This document shows, in pieces, positions 21,362 to 31,541 of a DNA stretch of 64,000 nt. A program made the position numbers and the translations under genes. The notes under the pieces were generated by a model. It was not told where the DNA came from. It searched no databases and saw nothing but the letters and a program-made list of their open reading frames with translations. Source of the stretch: Terriglobia bacterium (GTDB taxonomy: Bacteria > Acidobacteriota > Terriglobia > JAJPHL01 > JAPKYU01); the NCBI GenBank assembly GCA_965206645.1, contig CBDBKE010000004.1:992001-1056000 (forward strand), in the 5' to 3' direction. Each line of letters starts with the position of its first letter. Position 1 is the first letter of the stretch.

Positions 21362-22453
21362 ATGAAAATCACAAGAGTGAAGTCCGAAGTTTACCAAGTC
21401 CCAACGCATCGGGAAATCCATGACGCCGTCCGCCATTTCAACAAGCTGGGCCTTGTCTTGGCAAACGTTGAGACCGATGAGGGCCTGTCGGGGACGGGGT
21501 TTTCTTATACTGTGAATCTCCACGGAGCACTGGAAATTGGCTCTATCATCAGCCGGAGCATAAGTGACCTCGTCCGGGGCATGGACCCTAACGACCATGA
21601 ACGTGTCTGGTACCGAATGTGGAGAAGCTTGGATTGGGTCGGTCGAGGAGGGATCGCGGTCTTGGCAGTCGCAGCAACCGATATCGCTATATGGGACTTG
21701 AAATCAAAAATGTCGGGAATGCCACTTTATAAGTTGCTAGGGGGCTATCGCGACAGGGTGCCCGTTTACAACACCGACGGTGGGTGGCTCAATCACACCC
21801 AGGAACAGTTGGTTGGCGAAGCCAGGGAAATTGTAGGGGCGGGTTTTCGCGGGTCCAAGATCAAGGTGGGCAAAGATGACCCTCTGGAAGACGTAGAACG
21901 CATCGCCGCCGTAAGACAGGTGCTCGGACCGAACCGGCCGCTGATGGTTGACGCCAACGAGCGTTTCACACACGCCGAAGCGATCAAGCGTGCACACATG
22001 TGGGAGGAGTTTAACCTTTACTGGTTCGAGGAACCGCTACCGGCTGAGGATATATTGGGCCATGCCAAGGTGAAAGCTCACACATCGATTCCCATTGCCC
22101 TGGGAGAATCGCTCTTCACTCGTCAGCAATTTAAAGACTATATAGGAACCGACGGCGTGTCGATCCTTCAACCCGATGCATGTCGTTGTGGCGGGATCAG
22201 CGAATGGCTGAAAATAGCGCACCTGGCCGATTGTCACCACATGGACGTCAGTCCACATTTTGCGATGGAGCTGCACCTGCCGCTCGTGGCAGCCATCCCC
22301 AATGGTCTGTTCGTTGAATACATTCCAACTCTAAACGCCGTCCTCCAAGAACCCTTGAGATTGGAAGACGGGTACTTCCGGCCAAGAGAAGAACCGGGGT
22401 TGGGAATCCGATGGGACGACGATAAGTTAAACAGATATAGGGTTGGATCGTGA
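21362..22453 (+). CDS. Mandelate racemase/muconate lactonizing enzyme family protein
   Basis: DIAIWD, KIKVG, MVDAN, WFEEP, GES motifs. Confidence 0.93.
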   Translation: MKITRVKSEVYQVPTHREIHDAVRHFNKLGLVLANVETDEGLSGTGFSYTVNLHGALEIGSIISRSISDLVRGMDPNDHERVWYRMWRSLDWVGRGGIAVLAVAATDIAIWDLKSKMSGMPLYKLLGGYRDRVPVYNTDGGWLNHTQEQLVGEAREIVGAGFRGSKIKVGKDDPLEDVERIAAVRQVLGPNRPLMVDANERFTHAEAIKRAHMWEEFNLYWFEEPLPAEDILGHAKVKAHTSIPIALGESLFTRQQFKDYIGTDGVSILQPDACRCGGISEWLKIAHLADCHHMDVSPHFAMELHLPLVAAIPNGLFVEYIPTLNAVLQEPLRLEDGYFRPREEPGLGIRWDDDKLNRYRVGS

Positions 22454-22835
22454 TATTTGGAGTAAGAGTGTGCTCGGGAAATGAAGATTAAGCAGCGCGC
22501 GCCTTCAACAAGCAACACGCCGAGGTACGGGAACTTCTCACAGAAAGGCAATCCTAAGATCTGCCGAACGACTTTGCGGTTCATTCTCTCAGGCATACGT
22601 TGCTAACGCTCGTGGCTGAGTCTTGGGCCGACGCCTCTACCGTTGGACGAATCGCCAGCCCCAGCAGTGTGCTAATATCACGGAGGTACGTGCAGCGGTG
22701 GCCGGCCCCGGGGCGGGCTTTCGAGCGATCGGAAACCAGCACAGGTGGCAGAAAAGTTGTCAGACAGCCACAAAATGCTGCCGCCCGCAACAGTTTCCGC
22801 TACAGTCTGATGGAGACTGTCCGTAACTCATAGAT

Positions 22836-22911
22836 GGGCCTGTGGCGCAGTTGGGAGCGCGCCTGACTGGCAGTCAGGAGGTCGCCGGTTCGAACCCGGC
22901 CAGGTCCACCA
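22836..22911 (+). tRNA. tRNA-Ala(GGC); likely ICE attachment site
   Basis: 76-nt cloverleaf, acceptor GGGCCTG/CAGGTCC with G3:U70, anticodon stem CCTGA/TCAGG around GGC, GGTTCGAAC T-loop, CCA end. Confidence 0.97.
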
Positions 22912-22996
22912 CTTAACCTGTTTGTTTTCACCACCCGTCTGCCTTGCCTCTCGTTGCCGAAGACGGAACTGTAAAGAAACTGTCAGAAAACTGGCT

Positions 22997-24169
22997 CTAG
23001 ACGGCCAGCACTGTAAAGGAACTCGCACCGTGCTCGTTGGCCTGCCGGTCGAGCTTGGACAGCGCTTCCCGCATCATGTTGAGCTTCGCCTGGCTGTAGC
23101 GCTTGAACACCTGCGAATCGCCTTGCCGCAGCATCTGCGTCACGAAATGATCCGCCACGCCCCCGGCGCTGAGCCGGGTCGCAAACGTGTGGCGCAACTC
23201 GTATAGTGAGAAATGCGGTAGCCCGGCGCGCCTGAGCGTCCGGTTCCACAGCTTGCGCACCGTCGTGATGTGCGGCTTACTCGAGTCCATCCGCGGGCTC
23301 GGGAACAGGTAGTCGGAATCGCCGCTCTGCTTCATCTGTGAGGCGAACGCTACGCAGGCTCTGTCGGTCATCGGCATGTCCGTGATGCCGTTCACCGTCT
23401 TTGAATCCGGCAGATGCACGATCCCGTTCTCCAGATCGACCTGTTCCTTTCGCATCGGGGTCAACTCGCGATAGGGCCGCAGCCCCATCTCCACCATGAT
23501 CGCGATGATGTTGCGCAAGAATAAGGGTGCGCAGGCTTCCAGCCGGGCCTGCTCCGAGGCGCCCAGATAGTGCGGCTTGCGCGTCGTACCCGCCAACGCC
23601 ACCGGAAACTCCACACTGCCGCACGGATTGACCGCCAGCCGCCGCTTCTTCACCGCCACGTTCAGGATGCGACTCAGGATGCGAAACTCCTGATGCACGG
23701 TAGCAGGCTTGAGCCTGCCGCGAAGTTGCAGCCCCAACTTGGTATGCACCCGCTTGCCAGTGTTCAATCTTGTCATCAGATACGCTTCTATATCTTCCAC
23801 TGTGATGTCCGATAGTCTGTTCTCGCCGAACCGGGGCCTCAGGAACTTCAGCGCGCCGAGGTTTTGCCGGTGGTTCTGCTCGCCCCGGAAGGGCGGTTCG
23901 GATCGGTTCTCCAGGAACCAGTCCGCCCACTCGTTGAAGGTAATTCCACCGCCCGGCGCGGCACTCGGCAGCAGCCCCTCATCGCGAGCCACCAACCGTT
24001 TGCGCATCACCTTCTCGGCTTCCCCTTTTTCCCTCTGGCCTGTCGACTCCTGTCTGAACCTCCCGTTCCGGTCCCGGTAGCTCATCCACCAGACGCGTGA
24101 ATCGCGCCGCAGGTACAGGCTACCGGAGGTATTTCTCGGTCTACCTGTGTTGTTCATCGATTCCTCCAT
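22997..24169 (-). CDS. int: Tyrosine integrase
   Basis: GLRPYREL (R), SKT (K), YELRHTFATR, RY catalytic residues; N-terminal arm-binding domain. Confidence 0.93.
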   Translation of the reverse strand: MEESMNNTGRPRNTSGSLYLRRDSRVWWMSYRDRNGRFRQESTGQREKGEAEKVMRKRLVARDEGLLPSAAPGGGITFNEWADWFLENRSEPPFRGEQNHRQNLGALKFLRPRFGENRLSDITVEDIEAYLMTRLNTGKRVHTKLGLQLRGRLKPATVHQEFRILSRILNVAVKKRRLAVNPCGSVEFPVALAGTTRKPHYLGASEQARLEACAPLFLRNIIAIMVEMGLRPYRELTPMRKEQVDLENGIVHLPDSKTVNGITDMPMTDRACVAFASQMKQSGDSDYLFPSPRMDSSKPHITTVRKLWNRTLRRAGLPHFSLYELRHTFATRLSAGGVADHFVTQMLRQGDSQVFKRYSQAKLNMMREALSKLDRQANEHGASSFTVLAV

Positions 24170-24359
24170 TCACATGAAATTGCTGGCGCCACTCGACCAG
24201 TTCCGACCGTCGGAAGCGGATCGAGCGGCCCATCATGCGGTAATGGGGAATCTGCTTTCGCTCGACGTAAGCATACACCAGCGAGGGGCTGACACCCAGG
24301 AAACGGGCGGCGGCCTTCACCGTGATCGGGGCTTCGGACGCTTCTGTGTCCAGGCTCAT
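24141..24359 (-). CDS. xis: Excisionase-like HTH_17 protein
   Basis: TVKAAARFLGVSPSLVY...IPHYRMMGRSIRF. Confidence 0.85.
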   Translation of the reverse strand: MSLDTEASEAPITVKAAARFLGVSPSLVYAYVERKQIPHYRMMGRSIRFRRSELVEWRQQFHVNGGIDEQHR

Positions 24360-24547
24360 CCTTCCTCCTCTACTCTCCACGCCGGACCGAGCGCTTCGTC
24401 AGATCCACCTTCCGCCCCGGATCGGCGAGTCCGGCGGCCTGCGTCTTCGGGAAAGACACCGTATTCCTGGGCGATCCAGGCCGGGACTTCCCGCGTCTCC
24501 TCACCGCCCCGGCCGAGCTCCCGGTCGAAGTCCTCGAGAGTCTTCAT
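24356..24547 (-). CDS. Small hypothetical protein
   Basis: Overlaps both neighbours by 4 bp in the operon. Confidence 0.5.
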   Translation of the reverse strand: MKTLEDFDRELGRGGEETREVPAWIAQEYGVFPEDAGRRTRRSGAEGGSDEALGPAWRVEEEG

Positions 24548-25509
24548 CCGTCATCGTGTTCCCTCCAGATCGGCTTGATGATCCAGTGGTTCTGTGGCGC
24601 GTCGTAGCCCTGGACGAGCAAGGCTTCCTCCACGAAGCGGCGTCCCTCTCGCCGGGTCATGTGAATCACCATGGCGATGCCGTCCACCACGCCCCGGCAG
24701 GTGACCTCCCAGGGAAGCTCGCCGCCGCCCTGCATGGCGCAACTGGCGATGCGCGACAAGGCCGATTCGGCGTTGTTGGCGTGTACGGTCGTGAGGGAGC
24801 CGCCGTGTCCGGTGTTGAGGGCTTGTAGCAGGTCTGCCGCCTCCCCGCCCCGCACCTCGCCCACCACGATGTGATCCGGGCGGTGACGCAGCGCGTGGCG
24901 TACCAAGTCCCGGATCGTCACCGCTCCTTCCTGCAAGCCTCGAGCCTCGAAGCGGACGCAATTCGAGCGCTCGATGCGAAGCTCCAGCGTGTCCTCGATG
25001 GCGACGATGCGCTCGTCGTTGGGAAGCAATTCAATAAGTGCGTTAAGCAGGGTGGTCTTGCCCGATCCAGTGCCGCCGGAAACCAGGATGTTGCGGCGCG
25101 AGCGCAACACCCGCTCCGCTTCTGCTCGCACGTCTTCGGGGAGTGCGCCTTGCTTCACGAGATCATCCGCCGAGAACGCCCGCTTGCCAAAGCGCCGCAT
25201 GGTGATCGCCACCGTGGGGCTCGCGGGCGGAACACAGATCGCAACTCGCGATCCGTCGTCCAGGCGCGCATCGACAATCGGCGAACTCGCCGGATCCAAG
25301 CCCAAAGGACGGGCGATGTGGATGGCCGCCCGCAACAGGGCCGATTCGTCCAGGTCCGGCGCGTCATGTGCCGTCAACCGCCCGGCCCGCTCGACCCAGA
25401 CATTGCCGGGGCCGTTAATCATGATCTCGCTGACTTCGGAATCTTCCAGGGCGCTTTCCAATCCCGGTAGAAACGGTTTCAGGTGTTCCAGTCCACTCGC
25501 GGCGCTCAT
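24544..25509 (-). CDS. virB11: VirB11/TrbB/CpaF traffic ATPase
   Basis: GGTGSGKTT, IEDTLEL, LRHRPDHIVVGEVRG, NTGH. Confidence 0.92.
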   Translation of the reverse strand: MSAASGLEHLKPFLPGLESALEDSEVSEIMINGPGNVWVERAGRLTAHDAPDLDESALLRAAIHIARPLGLDPASSPIVDARLDDGSRVAICVPPASPTVAITMRRFGKRAFSADDLVKQGALPEDVRAEAERVLRSRRNILVSGGTGSGKTTLLNALIELLPNDERIVAIEDTLELRIERSNCVRFEARGLQEGAVTIRDLVRHALRHRPDHIVVGEVRGGEAADLLQALNTGHGGSLTTVHANNAESALSRIASCAMQGGGELPWEVTCRGVVDGIAMVIHMTRREGRRFVEEALLVQGYDAPQNHWIIKPIWREHDDG

Positions 25510-27635
25510 AATCTGCCCGCCTCCTTCGCTCTCCAATAGGAATAATCGAGGGGCAGATAGTGAGGCTTGAGGTAGACCCGTCGCGGTTCAAGCGACTGCG
25601 ACCCGTCATAGGGCAGGCAGATCGCTTGACAGTTCGAGAGCAGCGCGAAGTCTCGCGGGTGAAACACGGCCTCGCGCTGCTCCCGGAAAGACTTGGTAGC
25701 GCCGATGCTGCCGCCGCCTCCCCCGGCGCGGCCTGAGAGCGGGGAGACTTCCGCCCGCTTGGAGGTCTCGCTGATGGTGTAGGATCCCTTGATCTTCGCC
25801 ACCTGCCCGCACATTTCGCTTGCAATCTTGGCGCTGGCGTCGTCGCTGAGAGACAGGAAAATCCGGGTGCGGAGCGTCTGCAACAGCGACCGCCACGCTT
25901 CCGAGCTTCCCAACACAGATCGGAGCGAGGAAATGGATTGCGTGGCGACAATCGGGATGCAGCGGCATTGCCGGGTCAGCGCAAAGGATTTTTCATCGCC
26001 CGATGGATCGTCCTCGCCCACCGAAGCGAAGGCTTGATATTCGTCACAGATAAAGACGGCAGGCCGGAAATAGACCCCCGGCGACTCCTTCATCTTGGTC
26101 GGGCGCATGAGAAGCGCCTGTAGCCAGGCGTTCTTGAGCATCACGCCCACGGCGCGGGCCAGCGCCGGGTTCGATCCGGCGGGCATGTTCAAGGCCAACA
26201 CCTTGCCCCTTTCGATCAATTCATAGAGTGGGGGCAGGTGTCGCGGCCCGGCGATTCGTTCCTCTTCGACCGGCGGGATCGACGTGGGCGCGGGTTTGTC
26301 TCCTTCCCCGCCGTCCGGCTTCTTGTTCAGTTCCTGGGCTTCTTCCCCGGCCCGCTTCGCGGCCCTGGCCTGAACTGCAATGGCTTGCGGATCGTCGGGG
26401 ACTTCCGGCGGCCCCGGACAAAACACCTTTGCCACATCCGGCATATCGAACATGGCAAGGAACACCGAAATCCCCTCCACAATCGAGGACTTCACTTTGT
26501 TGTCCAGCGTTTGCCAGTCGTTGACAAACCACCGCTTCACCGCCTCAACTCGTTCTCTCACTTCGTCGCCGGGTCCGGGGTCCCAAACCACCCGGTAGGT
26601 CAGCTTGAGTTCGTCCAGCTTGTTGAGCAAGGCCCGGCTGTAGACGGCTTGCTGTTCCTCCACGTCCGTCGCCCCTTCCCACACCCATTCAGCCAGCTTC
26701 ATTTTGTTCGCGCCTACTAGATCAGCCCGGACGAAAACCGTCCCTTTATTCAACTCGTCGCTCCACGCTTCGGCTTGCTCGATCTTGGCAGCGAAAAGCT
26801 CCGGGGCGATGGCGCAGCGGTAGACCTGCTGCAACGTCACCCAGCGCTCCGGGAAGATTCGGTGAAGCTCGATGATCCAGCGGACCAGGTTGGTATAGGC
26901 TTGCTGCCAGAACGGTTCCTTTCCCTTCCCGAATAGCTGGTTGAGAAGGCTCGAAACGGTGTAGGCCAGCGAGTAGGAATCGAGCCACCAGGCCGAGAGC
27001 GGGTTCCATTGCCAGCGGCCCTTCATGCCAAGCTCGATGTAGTCTTTTCCCCGGTCCGCCTCGATCAGGATTCGCCGGATATCGTGACAAAAATCTCCCT
27101 TGACTTCGAGCATCAGCGCCGCCGCCCGCTTCTGTGGATTCTCGGCTTGCCAGGAGAGAAGTTGACGGGCGAAGGGGTGCATACAAGCCGAGGTCTTCCC
27201 GGACCCGACGGCTCCGAAAATCGCCACGCCGGTATATAGGCCACGCTCCGGGATGGTGAGCCAGGAGGGATTGAAAATCTCGCGCGCCTCGACCGGGTGA
27301 TGTACCTCCCCGATCACGATGGCCGGGGCCTTCTGTCGGGGCGAAAACGGCCAGGTTGGAAGCGCGCCGAAGGGCGCGAAATCCCGCCGCCGCGATTCCA
27401 GCCAGACCTTCCAAACGGACATGAGAATGAGGCCCGCGAGCATGACGGCGACGAAAGGCGAAGCGTAGTACCAGAGCATCACCCAGCCGTAGAAGTTCGG
27501 GGTGTGGTAGTTCATGAGATCGAGCAACGGACTTTCCCCTAGCATGGGGAAGGGACGGCGGACAAAGCTCCACAGGGCGCACCCCAGACCGCCAAAAAGC
27601 AGAAGGATGTGCGGAATGAACCGCCGCCATTTCAT
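25506..27635 (-). CDS. virD4: Type IV coupling protein (VirD4/TraD-like)
   Basis: Two N-terminal TM segments, GAVGSGKT, FICDEYQ, IVATQS. Confidence 0.88.
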   Translation of the reverse strand: MKWRRFIPHILLLFGGLGCALWSFVRRPFPMLGESPLLDLMNYHTPNFYGWVMLWYYASPFVAVMLAGLILMSVWKVWLESRRRDFAPFGALPTWPFSPRQKAPAIVIGEVHHPVEAREIFNPSWLTIPERGLYTGVAIFGAVGSGKTSACMHPFARQLLSWQAENPQKRAAALMLEVKGDFCHDIRRILIEADRGKDYIELGMKGRWQWNPLSAWWLDSYSLAYTVSSLLNQLFGKGKEPFWQQAYTNLVRWIIELHRIFPERWVTLQQVYRCAIAPELFAAKIEQAEAWSDELNKGTVFVRADLVGANKMKLAEWVWEGATDVEEQQAVYSRALLNKLDELKLTYRVVWDPGPGDEVRERVEAVKRWFVNDWQTLDNKVKSSIVEGISVFLAMFDMPDVAKVFCPGPPEVPDDPQAIAVQARAAKRAGEEAQELNKKPDGGEGDKPAPTSIPPVEEERIAGPRHLPPLYELIERGKVLALNMPAGSNPALARAVGVMLKNAWLQALLMRPTKMKESPGVYFRPAVFICDEYQAFASVGEDDPSGDEKSFALTRQCRCIPIVATQSISSLRSVLGSSEAWRSLLQTLRTRIFLSLSDDASAKIASEMCGQVAKIKGSYTISETSKRAEVSPLSGRAGGGGGSIGATKSFREQREAVFHPRDFALLSNCQAICLPYDGSQSLEPRRVYLKPHYLPLDYSYWRAKEAGRL

Positions 27636-27703
27636 GGGTCCGTCTCCCTTCCGTCAGCGCCCCCGCTGGGGGGGCTGTTCCGAGCCTTCCCGCAGGGATA
27701 AAT

Positions 27704-27810
27704 GAGGATGAGAGCGACCCCCGCATGGGGCCCGGATAGAGGCATGTCACTCAGTGCCGCTATCGGGGCCACATGACCCCCCGCTTTTTGGTGGGGTCGC
27801 TCTCGTCCTC
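27704..27810. repeat. Long imperfect inverted repeat with inner hairpin; oriT candidate
   Basis: 27704-27745 is the near reverse complement of 27754-27810. Confidence 0.75.
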
Positions 27811-27997
27811 CCCGATTTTCCTGGATCGGCACGGTGGAGGCCGATTGACAGTGGACAACCACAGCGGAATGAGAGAGATAGGGAAATAGGGCTTTGTCAC
27901 ACCTCTTGTCCGAATCTTGTCACACTCCCCCTTTGTGGGCGTGACATTTAACATGCGGCCCTCAGTGACACGAAAAAGCCCGGATTCCCCCTCTCTT

Positions 27998-28942
27998 TCA
28001 TCCGGTTTCCTCTAGGACCGCAAACCGGGTGGCCCGCCATGTCGAATAGTCGTCAATCGAGACTCCTACCGTCACCTTCGCTTCCGGGAGGCTTTCGAGT
28101 TCCGCCCCTCGTCTCATCGCTGCATTGAATCCCCCGTACTCGGCCAGGTCTGTTCCATTATTGGTCCGTAGTGCGGTGTCGATCCTCTTGATTTCCTCTT
28201 GCAGCGTCCGCCCTTCCCCGGTCTCCTGCGGAGCGGTCGCGGCCCACGCCCGGAGCACTCGCGCCGTCCGATCCACGGTTTCATTTTCCGCCGCAATTCC
28301 GATCACCCGGACCTGCCGCCCCTTCTTGCGGAGCGCATCCCAAAGCTGCCCATGCGCGGCTCCCCAGGAGTGCAACTCCCGATCCGTCTGGTGCCCTGGA
28401 TCGACGTAGGCGAAGGTGACGGTTTCCCGGTCACCGGCCAGGGGAAGTTTGAGCGCAAAGTAGCGCTTCTGCGCTCCCACAGCGCCGTAGTAAATCCGTC
28501 GCGGGATCAGTCGCCGCGATAGGCCGAGCCCGTCAAAAAACGCGACCTTCTCCGGCTCGGCGGGGAGCCAGTTCATGCCCGGATGCTCCAATACGAAATC
28601 GAGCGAGAGAAGCCTCCGCATCACCACCGGCGGGCGAGCTTGTCGCCGGTGACGGATGTTCTCGACGCCCAACGCCCGGTAGATCGGCTTGCTCGATATC
28701 CGGCACGATTTGCCTCCCCCATTGAACACCGGCCACTCACTCTCAATTCCCGCCTTGCGGTCAACTAGCGTCTTCACGAAACGCTCCGCCCGCTTCCTAT
28801 GGGTCTCGAAGTAATGACAGAACTGCGCCCGCGTGAAGACGCCGCTGTGCAGACACACCAGCGCGATCCACTCCACCTCCGGCCCGGTCCAGCCGAGCGG
28901 TTCTAGTGCTTTTTCTCGGCCTCGTAAATGTTCGATCATCAT
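27998..28942 (-). CDS. Hypothetical protein in the T4SS operon, possibly wHTH DNA-processing protein
   Basis: Coupled to virB8; N-terminal LVCLHSGVFTRAQF wHTH-like segment. Confidence 0.75.
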   Translation of the reverse strand: MMIEHLRGREKALEPLGWTGPEVEWIALVCLHSGVFTRAQFCHYFETHRKRAERFVKTLVDRKAGIESEWPVFNGGGKSCRISSKPIYRALGVENIRHRRQARPPVVMRRLLSLDFVLEHPGMNWLPAEPEKVAFFDGLGLSRRLIPRRIYYGAVGAQKRYFALKLPLAGDRETVTFAYVDPGHQTDRELHSWGAAHGQLWDALRKKGRQVRVIGIAAENETVDRTARVLRAWAATAPQETGEGRTLQEEIKRIDTALRTNNGTDLAEYGGFNAAMRRGAELESLPEAKVTVGVSIDDYSTWRATRFAVLEETG

Positions 28943-29616
28943 TGCTCCCCGGTAACGATTGCTCGATCCCCTTGCAGATAGCTGATAACGATCCCCATAG
29001 GGTTGTGGACGATCAGGTCCGGCGGGATCGTATCGAGGAACAGGAATTGCAGCGAGAGGGTCCAGCGCTCCCGGCTGACTTCGTTTGCCATCACCATCCG
29101 CACCAGGTCAAAATCGGCCGTCGCGCTGTGCGGCTCCTGGGGGTTGGCCTGAATCCTCAAAACGACGCGATCCACTTGCAGTTCATCCTTGGCCGCGCCC
29201 GCCGCGAGAAGGGCGATATTCTGACTCTCGGCGCGAAACGAGGCGTTGGCGAGCTCCGTGGTCAGGAAGCGCAGACTGCAGGACCAGTTCTCTTCGACCG
29301 TGGCCCGCCGCCGCGAGTAGAAGTCGTAAATAAAGCGATTGAGAAAGTATTTGGTGGTGGGGTCCAGAGGGTCCGCCTGGGCCTCCATCGCCTCGTAGGC
29401 GATGGCCTCCGCCCGGCCTACTTCATCGACCCTCACGACGATGGGGCGGGGCGGATCGACTGACACAATGCGAATGACGACGATGATGAGCAAGAGCAAC
29501 CCGATTCCCAACCCGACGGAGATCACCCGTAGATGACGGTTGGAGTGGATGGCTTCGCCCCATATTTCGGCGTACTCGGCTCCGGCATCTTTAGCTTTGG
29601 TTCCGGGTTTGCTCAT
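28939..29616 (-). CDS. virB8: VirB8/TrbF
   Basis: Single TM, VVRVDEVG, C-terminal NPMGIVI. Confidence 0.88.
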   Translation of the reverse strand: MSKPGTKAKDAGAEYAEIWGEAIHSNRHLRVISVGLGIGLLLLIIVVIRIVSVDPPRPIVVRVDEVGRAEAIAYEAMEAQADPLDPTTKYFLNRFIYDFYSRRRATVEENWSCSLRFLTTELANASFRAESQNIALLAAGAAKDELQVDRVVLRIQANPQEPHSATADFDLVRMVMANEVSRERWTLSLQFLFLDTIPPDLIVHNPMGIVISYLQGDRAIVTGEQ

Positions 29617-30611
29617 TTAATCCCCCCTGCGCCCGCCTTCGCCGCCGCCGCGCCTCCGGTGGCCGCAACCGTTCCCGCCGTGGTCGCCATCCCCATGAGT
29701 CCGCTCCCGGCTGCTCCTGTGCTGGTAACGAGCATCGAAGCAAGCTCCCCGCACTTGAGGCTTGCCAGCATCCCGGCGACAAACAAGGGAACGACGGCGA
29801 TCATCCACAAGCCCACGTCTATGAAGCTCTGCATGTCCAGGTTGGCATTCCCCAAGCTCGTGATGTAGGAGATTCCGACAGCGGAGAACACGCGCAGCAC
29901 CGCTCCGGCGATCACGGCATAAAGCGAGTAGGTAATCATCGCCCGGAACCATCCCCAGAACAGAAACGACAGCGGCTCGAACACCAGAAACGGAATGAAG
30001 ATCGGCCCCAAGATGATGAGGATGGCAAGCGCGATTTGAGCCCAGATCACTTGAGCGTAGGTGACGGCGGCCAACAGAAGCAGCATAAGGACCACAAACA
30101 CAAACATTACAAACCCCGCAACCGCCGTTATCGCGGCATGGATACCGCCGGTGAGTAGGCCGAGCGTGTTCCCCGCTTGCGCCTGGGCCGCTTGGTTCGC
30201 CGCGAGGGAGCGAATGAGGTTCCCAAGCTCGGTCTGCATCGAATAGACGGCATCGCCGATCAGCAGTTCGTGAAGCCAATTTCCGCCCGCCGCGATCATT
30301 CCTGGGAAGGTGAAAGCCATTCCCGGAATGGTGGTGGTGTAGAACTGCAACATCACCCACGGTATCCATAGCCCGATGACGACCCGCACCAGCTCCCACG
30401 GCTGAATGTTTCCGCTAAAGGCGATCTTCACCCCGTTCAACACCACAACGATGAGCGCCAGACCCCCGAAGAGCGCGTTTCCGGTGGCGAAAACCTCCCC
30501 TCCCGCCGCCGCCGACAATCCATCCAGAGCGACATCGAGGAACGACTTGAAGTCCCTCAGTTGTTCCGGGGAAAGGTTGACCGGGATGTTGGGATCGAGT
30601 TGAATCTGCAT
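29613..30611 (-). CDS. virB6: VirB6/TrbL polytopic membrane protein
   Basis: Multiple TMs, GPIFIPF...FWGW motif, Gly/Ala tail. Confidence 0.85.
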   Translation of the reverse strand: MQIQLDPNIPVNLSPEQLRDFKSFLDVALDGLSAAAGGEVFATGNALFGGLALIVVVLNGVKIAFSGNIQPWELVRVVIGLWIPWVMLQFYTTTIPGMAFTFPGMIAAGGNWLHELLIGDAVYSMQTELGNLIRSLAANQAAQAQAGNTLGLLTGGIHAAITAVAGFVMFVFVVLMLLLLAAVTYAQVIWAQIALAILIILGPIFIPFLVFEPLSFLFWGWFRAMITYSLYAVIAGAVLRVFSAVGISYITSLGNANLDMQSFIDVGLWMIAVVPLFVAGMLASLKCGELASMLVTSTGAAGSGLMGMATTAGTVAATGGAAAAKAGAGGIK

Positions 30612-30623
30612 CGGCGAAATGGA

Positions 30624-31538
30624 TTACTGGCCGTTCCCGCCGTAGGCCGGGTGAATCCGAAAGAGCAACCCTTCGCGCATGGAATCGCGGCGGGCATCGA
30701 GCCCGGCCTGTTGCGCCGCGAAGGTGATCTCGGCGCGGCGCTGCGTCTCGATCCATCGAGCCAGCGCCTCGCGCCGGGCAATCTCGCGTTCGTAATCCTC
30801 TGCCGCCTCCTTCGCCGCCTGGAATGCCATTAACTGCGCCATAGCAGCGGTGAGGTTCCCTTGCGTCACTGTCCCGGCCACTTGCGATTGGGCCAGCGCG
30901 GTGTTGGAGGTATTGGTGTTGTTTCGTAGTCCTTCGTAGGATTCCACGGCGTCTCGCGCCGCAATCATGAGATTCGCCGCCGCGTCGCTCATTGCGTGAT
31001 CGAGCACCAGGCGCTTGTCGCCTTCCTCCCGCGCCGCGAGATAGCCGCTGGCCGCCTGCGCCGCGATCTCCGGGCGATAGTCCCCGTACAGATCCAGGAT
31101 GTCGCTCTCGGTCACCGTGTCGGCGGCGGTGAGCCGCCCGCGCCAGGATTGGGTAAAGCTCTTGCCGGTTTCGCCCATCTGTTCGACTGACGACGCAAGC
31201 TCCGCCGCCACCCCGGTAAAATCGCTTTTCCACGATAGGCCCACGCCGATAAACTGCGCCGGTGCGGATGCCAATTCAGTGAACGGATCGGTCAGCGCTC
31301 CCACGGCTCCAAGCGCTTGCTCTTTCAGGTGCGACGCCTGATCTATCATCTGGGTAAGTTGGCCGTCAAACGTGATCTTCGCCATGGTGTCTTTGTAGAT
31401 TTGGACGCCCTGATTGATGATCATTTGCGCCCGCTGAATGCCCGCCAGGATCGAGCCGAAGACGGCGTAGGCGGGCGTGGTGGTCAGCACGATAAAGAGT
31501 GGGATAACAACTACTGCGGTCAAGATTCGGTGTTTCAT
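30624..31538 (-). CDS. VirB5/TrbJ-like protein
   Basis: Signal peptide, Gln/Ala-rich helical protein immediately upstream of virB6. Confidence 0.65.
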   Translation of the reverse strand: MKHRILTAVVVIPLFIVLTTTPAYAVFGSILAGIQRAQMIINQGVQIYKDTMAKITFDGQLTQMIDQASHLKEQALGAVGALTDPFTELASAPAQFIGVGLSWKSDFTGVAAELASSVEQMGETGKSFTQSWRGRLTAADTVTESDILDLYGDYRPEIAAQAASGYLAAREEGDKRLVLDHAMSDAAANLMIAARDAVESYEGLRNNTNTSNTALAQSQVAGTVTQGNLTAAMAQLMAFQAAKEAAEDYEREIARREALARWIETQRRAEITFAAQQAGLDARRDSMREGLLFRIHPAYGGNGQ

Positions 31539-31541
31539 TTT

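Noticed and set aside
22828-23028. 66-aa ORF antisense to the tRNA
   Set aside because: Artefact of translating the tRNA gene
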